A stretch of 64,000 bases of DNA, from positions 34,095-98,094 of the forward strand of contig MFNS01000006.1 in NCBI GenBank assembly GCA_001783805.1, written 5' to 3'. Positions 61,976 through 64,000 of the stretch are shown here, piece by piece; position 1 is the first letter of the stretch; the number at the start of each line of letters is the position of its first letter. Under the pieces are notes generated by a model that saw only the letters and a program-made list of their open reading frames with translations, was not told the DNA's origin and did no database searches. Origin of the DNA: Candidatus Levybacteria bacterium RIFCSPHIGHO2_01_FULL_40_16. GTDB taxonomy: Bacteria > Patescibacteriota > Microgenomatia > Levybacterales > UBA12049. Position numbers and translations under genes: made by a program.

Positions 61976-63333
61976 AAAAGAGTCCTCAATTTCTTCTTTG
62001 GTTTATTATTTTATTAACAATTTTGGGCATTGTTGTTAATCTTCCTTCAAAAGGTTTTCTTTCTTTCACAAAATCTTTATCCTTTAAGGAAGGATTGGAC
62101 CTTGCGGGAGGTACGAGTTTAACCTTGAAAGCGGACATGAAAAGCATAGATCAAGCTCAAAGAGGTAAAGCTTTAGAGTCGGCAAAAACAGTGATAGAGC
62201 AAAGAACAAACTATTTTGGAGTATCAGAACCCATTGTCCAAACCGCGGTTAGCGGAAATGATTATCGTGTAATTGTGGAATTGCCGGGTGTTAACATAGA
62301 TCAGGCAAAAAACATCATTGGTACAACCGCACAACTTTCTTTCTGGGAGGGAACAGCAACCAGCTCATCCGTTTCAGTTAAAACGCAGGCGGACATTCAA
62401 TTGCTTGTTGCAACCCAATCTGCGTATCCGCCTAGCGTAGTGTTAGCCTTAGGAACATATCCTAGTAAAACAGATCTTAGCGGAGCAGATCTCAAAGAAA
62501 CAAGCGTTGGATTTGACCAAAATAGTGGTAAACCCGAAGTGCAATTAAAATTTACATCTCAAGGCGCAAAGAAGTTTGCAGATATTACAAGTCGAAATGT
62601 TGGTAAAATCGTCGCAATTGCCTTGGATAATCAGGTCATCGAGGCGCCCCGCGTGAATCAGCCAATACTAACTGGAGATGCAGTAATAACGGGGGGATTT
62701 ACTACACAGACTGCAAATGCGGTGAGTAAATCGCTTAATGCAGGAGCGTTGCCGGTGCCTCTTGTGTATTTACAGCAGCATGGTGTGGAAGCAACTTTAG
62801 GCAGAGAATCCTTATTGAAAAGTCTTTTTGCAGGAGTATTGGGAATACTGATTATCATTATTTTTATGACTGTTTTGTACGGAAAATTGGGAATTATTGC
62901 AAGCGTTGCCTTAATAATTTATACCTTACTGGTTGCTTCGATTCTTAAAATTAGCAGCGTTACTCCGTACGCAATAACGCTGACGCTCTCAGGAATAGCG
63001 GGATTTATTCTATCAATCGGTATGGCGGTTGATGCGAACATTCTGATTTTTGAGAGAATGAAAGAAGAAAGAAGAAGTGGTCGGTCATGGCATGAATCAT
63101 TGGAATTAGGATTTACAAGAGCTTGGACATCAATCCGGGATTCGAATATCTCAAGTCTAATAACTTGCTCCGTTCTATATCAATTTGGAACGGGTTCTGT
63201 CAAAGGATTTGCGCTAACTCTGGCAATTGGAGTTTTGGTCTCTATGTTTTCGGCAATCGTTGTAACGCGAACATTATTAAATGTCATGCTGAACTCGTTT
63301 CAGCATCCGGTTCCTAAAGAGACGGGATCCTGA
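61972..63333 (+). CDS. secD: Protein translocase subunit SecD
   Basis: GLDLAGG, GVSEP, VELPG, L.AGALP, IGMAVDANILIFER.KEE, I.DSN, VKGFA.TL. Confidence 0.97.
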   Translation: MKKSPQFLLWFIILLTILGIVVNLPSKGFLSFTKSLSFKEGLDLAGGTSLTLKADMKSIDQAQRGKALESAKTVIEQRTNYFGVSEPIVQTAVSGNDYRVIVELPGVNIDQAKNIIGTTAQLSFWEGTATSSSVSVKTQADIQLLVATQSAYPPSVVLALGTYPSKTDLSGADLKETSVGFDQNSGKPEVQLKFTSQGAKKFADITSRNVGKIVAIALDNQVIEAPRVNQPILTGDAVITGGFTTQTANAVSKSLNAGALPVPLVYLQQHGVEATLGRESLLKSLFAGVLGILIIIIFMTVLYGKLGIIASVALIIYTLLVASILKISSVTPYAITLTLSGIAGFILSIGMAVDANILIFERMKEERRSGRSWHESLELGFTRAWTSIRDSNISSLITCSVLYQFGTGSVKGFALTLAIGVLVSMFSAIVVTRTLLNVMLNSFQHPVPKETGS

Positions 63334-63350
63334 AATAAATTCAGGATGAC
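63283..63350. repeat. Palindromic REP/MITE-like element, copy 2, forming the secD 3' end
   Basis: GTCATGCTGAACTCGTTTCAGCATC...GATCCTGAAATAAATTCAGGATGAC. Confidence 0.85.
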
Positions 63351-63362
63351 ACGGGAGAAATT

Positions 63363-64000
63363 ATGAATATTATCGGACATAAAAATTGGTATTTTGGTTT
63401 ATCTTTATTGGTTATCATTACGGGACTTATTGCAATTTTCCTGTGGGGATTAAATCTTTCCATTGAATTTACCGGTGGCTCTAGGCTGACCTTAGCTTTT
63501 AATGATGTGGTTGGCGATAAACAGATTAAAATAGTTGACGAAGCTTTGAAAGCGGAAAAGATAAAAATAGCCAGTATTGAGAAATCAAACAAATTGATTT
63601 TCGTCAGAACGTCTCCGATAGATCAAAATCAAAATAATAAATTTATAAATACGCTATCGAAGAATTTTAAAGACGTTAAAGAGCGGGAGTTTGAGACAAT
63701 AGGTCCGGTAATAGGGCAAGAAACAACCTTTAATGCTTTAAAGGCAATTATAATAGCGTCGGTTTTGATTATTCTTTATATAACCTGGTCATTCAGACAG
63801 GTTCCCAAGCCTGCCAGCAGTTTCCGGTTTGGGGTCTGCGCAATTATTGCCTTAATTCATGATGTGCTGGTGGTAGTCGGGGTTTTTGCAATTCTAGGAC
63901 ATTTTTTTGGAGTTGAAATAGATTCTCTTTTTGTGACCGCCATTCTAACAGTAATTGGTTTTTCAGTTCACGATACAATTGTTGTTTTTGATAGAATCCG
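63363..64000 (+). CDS. secF: Protein translocase subunit SecF (3' truncated by window)
   Basis: Hand translation: GLNLSIEFTGG, ETIGPVIG, IALIHDV, LTVIGFSVHDTIVVFDRI. Confidence 0.96.
   Translation, partial: MNIIGHKNWYFGLSLLVIITGLIAIFLWGLNLSIEFTGGSRLTLAFNDVVGDKQIKIVDEALKAEKIKIASIEKSNKLIFVRTSPIDQNQNNKFINTLSKNFKDVKEREFETIGPVIGQETTFNALKAIIIASVLIILYITWSFRQVPKPASSFRFGVCAIIALIHDVLVVVGVFAILGHFFGVEIDSLFVTAILTVIGFSVHDTIVVFDRI

Noticed and set aside
1294-63592. Numerous antisense and nested ORFs in the track (e.g. 15705-16226, 54545-55141, 22211-22591)
   Set aside because: They shadow well-identified genes on the other strand or frame and show no recognisable motifs
1-64000. Alternative genetic code (TGA as Gly)
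   Set aside because: cmk, infA and others end at TGA at expected lengths, and RF2 is present

Overview
AT-rich bacterial chromosome segment, genetic code 11 (TGA used as stop, RF2 present). Gene content and style fit Patescibacteria/CPR, probably Microgenomates; this is inferred, not tested. It carries the end of the spc/alpha ribosomal operon (secY to rpsI), an isoprenoid cluster (idi, isopentenyl phosphate kinase, uppS), tRNA-Pro(GGG), recA-recX-rny-HU, RNase P RNA, a UvrD-nuclease fusion, all four t6A genes, an archaeal-type PPAT/dephospho-CoA kinase fusion, class I LysRS, serS, secA, prfB, ftsEX, a nucleotide-sugar/glycosylation locus and secDF. No CRISPR array, transposase, integrase or reverse transcriptase was seen. 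The main unexplained signal is about 20 short 7-nt tandem arrays (mostly 4-5 units, loose consensus AA-NNN-YY). They sit in-frame inside core genes, supply stop/start codons at gene junctions, or form paired inverted arms between genes, and one set encloses a four-helix-bundle (IVP/Avd-like) gene. Several families of small palindromic elements also invade ORFs and the RNase P RNA. Other points: many apparently leaderless promoters, an unannotated 16-aa Lys/Arg microprotein with a strong SD and terminator, a frameshifted MazG-like gene and several candidate structured RNAs. All calls are by eye; no searches were run.
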